A DNA stretch of 64,000 nt from an uncultured Lachnospiraceae bacterium. GTDB lineage: Bacteria > Bacillota > Clostridia > Lachnospirales > Lachnospiraceae. Location: positions 17,214 through 81,213 of the forward strand of contig CAKRNX010000001.1 of NCBI GenBank assembly GCA_934371475.1. Direction: 5' to 3'. This document shows, in pieces, positions 63,392-64,000 of this stretch. Position numbers and translations under genes: made by a program. Within the stretch, counting starts at the first letter, position 1; every line of letters starts with the position of its first letter. Under the pieces are notes generated by a model. It saw only the letters and a program-made list of their open reading frames with translations, did not search any database and was not told the DNA's origin.

Positions 63392-63601
63392 GATTCAGGA
63401 ATGCTCCGGCATTCTTGCTACGAGGTGCGCAGAAGGCCAAGAGCGTGTTTGAAAAAGGCTTTTCGTGAGCTGCGAGTTCCAGTTTGTGGGAGATTTCGCC
63501 CGAATGAGGGCGGCGTAGCGGGGCTACGTCAACCGAATAAGGGCAAAATATACCGCAAAGTGGGGATTGCAGATCGCGGAAATGTTTTTTCAAACACGCT
63601 C
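63392..63601. repeat. Family-2 repeat fused to long family-1 MITE-like repeat
   Basis: TTCAGGAATGCTCCGGCATTCTTGCTACGAGGTGCGC (63392-63430), immediately followed by the 162-bp family-1 copy (63440-63601). Lies between the ABC ATPase and binding-protein genes. Confidence 0.85.
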
Positions 63602-63605
63602 CAGA

Positions 63606-64000
63606 TCAGATCACATAATCTGTCAGTTCTTCTACTTCACCGAAGAACTTTCTGTAAACCTTTCTTCTTACATAGCCAAAATTCTCGCTCGCACGGTTGC
63701 GTGTATGTCCCAGTTCTTTGCACGATATCACGCTCTGTACATTCGCCGGCCGGTTTCCGAGAATGATAATCCGGTCACTCAGGTAAATAGCCTCGTCGAT
63801 ATCATGTGTGACAAGGATCATCGTCTTCTGCTCTTCTCTCCAGATCCTGAGCATCTCCTTCTGCATCTGAATCCTGGTCAGGGCATCCAGTGCCCCAAAC
63901 GGCTCATCCAGAAGCAGCACCTGCGGATTATGCATCAGCGCGCGTGCAATGGAAGCTCTCTGCGCCATACCACCCGAAAGCTGCCGGGGATAGGCTTTCT
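63606..64000 (-). CDS. ABC transporter ATP-binding protein (NitT/TauT family), 5' end beyond the window
   Basis: The reading frame is open to the window edge and reads [37 protein letters not shown] (signature plus Walker B), then [13 protein letters not shown]. Confidence 0.85.
   Translation of the reverse strand, partial: KAYPRQLSGGMAQRASIARALMHNPQVLLLDEPFGALDALTRIQMQKEMLRIWREEQKTMILVTHDIDEAIYLSDRIIILGNRPANVQSVISCKELGHTRNRASENFGYVRRKVYRKFFGEVEELTDYVI

Noticed and set aside
1-64000. CRISPR arrays, cas genes, restriction-modification, reverse transcriptases (retron/DGR), toxin-antitoxin operons, intact transposases or prophage structural genes.
   Set aside because: None found on either strand. 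The abundant repeats are dispersed and heterogeneous in spacing, not regularly spaced direct repeats. The only recombinase is a fragment.

Overview
This is a 64-kb chromosomal segment of a Firmicute. Gene content, GGAGG-type ribosome-binding sites and a single-chain purL suggest Clostridia/Lachnospiraceae, but that is inference only. I support about 50 protein genes, mostly on the minus strand, plus one tRNA-Trp(CCA).

Housekeeping and metabolic content:
- purL, translationally coupled to a CapA-family envelope protein
- two zinc-ribbon membrane proteins
- a DinG/XPD-type helicase with an N-terminal nuclease-like domain
- an Mrp/ApbC ATPase
- a NorQ/CbbQ-like AAA+ ATPase paired with a vWA protein
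- coaX, an M24 aminopeptidase, two MATE exporters, a 5'-nucleotidase and an ABC-F ATPase
- a polyol/pentose-type catabolic operon (ABC importer, Zn-dehydrogenase, split transketolase, FGGY kinase), divergent from deoC and a DeoR regulator
- phoU, a YeiH-family transporter and part of a NitT/TauT-type ABC system

Many ORF-track starts were trimmed to internal ATG/GTG codons with good ribosome-binding sites. The track's N-terminal extensions mostly run into intergenic repeats.

I found no CRISPR array, restriction-modification genes, reverse transcriptase, intact transposase or recognisable defence operon.

The unusual material is:
1. A dense, modular set of at least four intergenic repeat families (MITE/BOX/REP-like). 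They occur in mosaic combinations, sometimes inside operons, and once supply the 3' end of a gene.
2. A 192-bp palindrome between two convergent genes.
3. A junction of three gene fragments (carboxylesterase, histidine kinase, large serine recombinase) abutting a visibly GC-richer azlCD-ridA-phzF-lysR block. In that block ridA is broken by a 5-bp tandem duplication, and the block is followed by a 0.7-kb ORF-free stretch.
4. An orphan Lon-type AAA+ ATPase with an unassigned N-terminal domain, next to tRNA-Trp and small regulator-like genes.
5. A NorQ-like ATPase whose Walker A motif reads GAKAAGKN.

All functional assignments come from motif recognition by eye, with no database search. All quantitative claims (GC content, copy number, RNA structure) still need computation.
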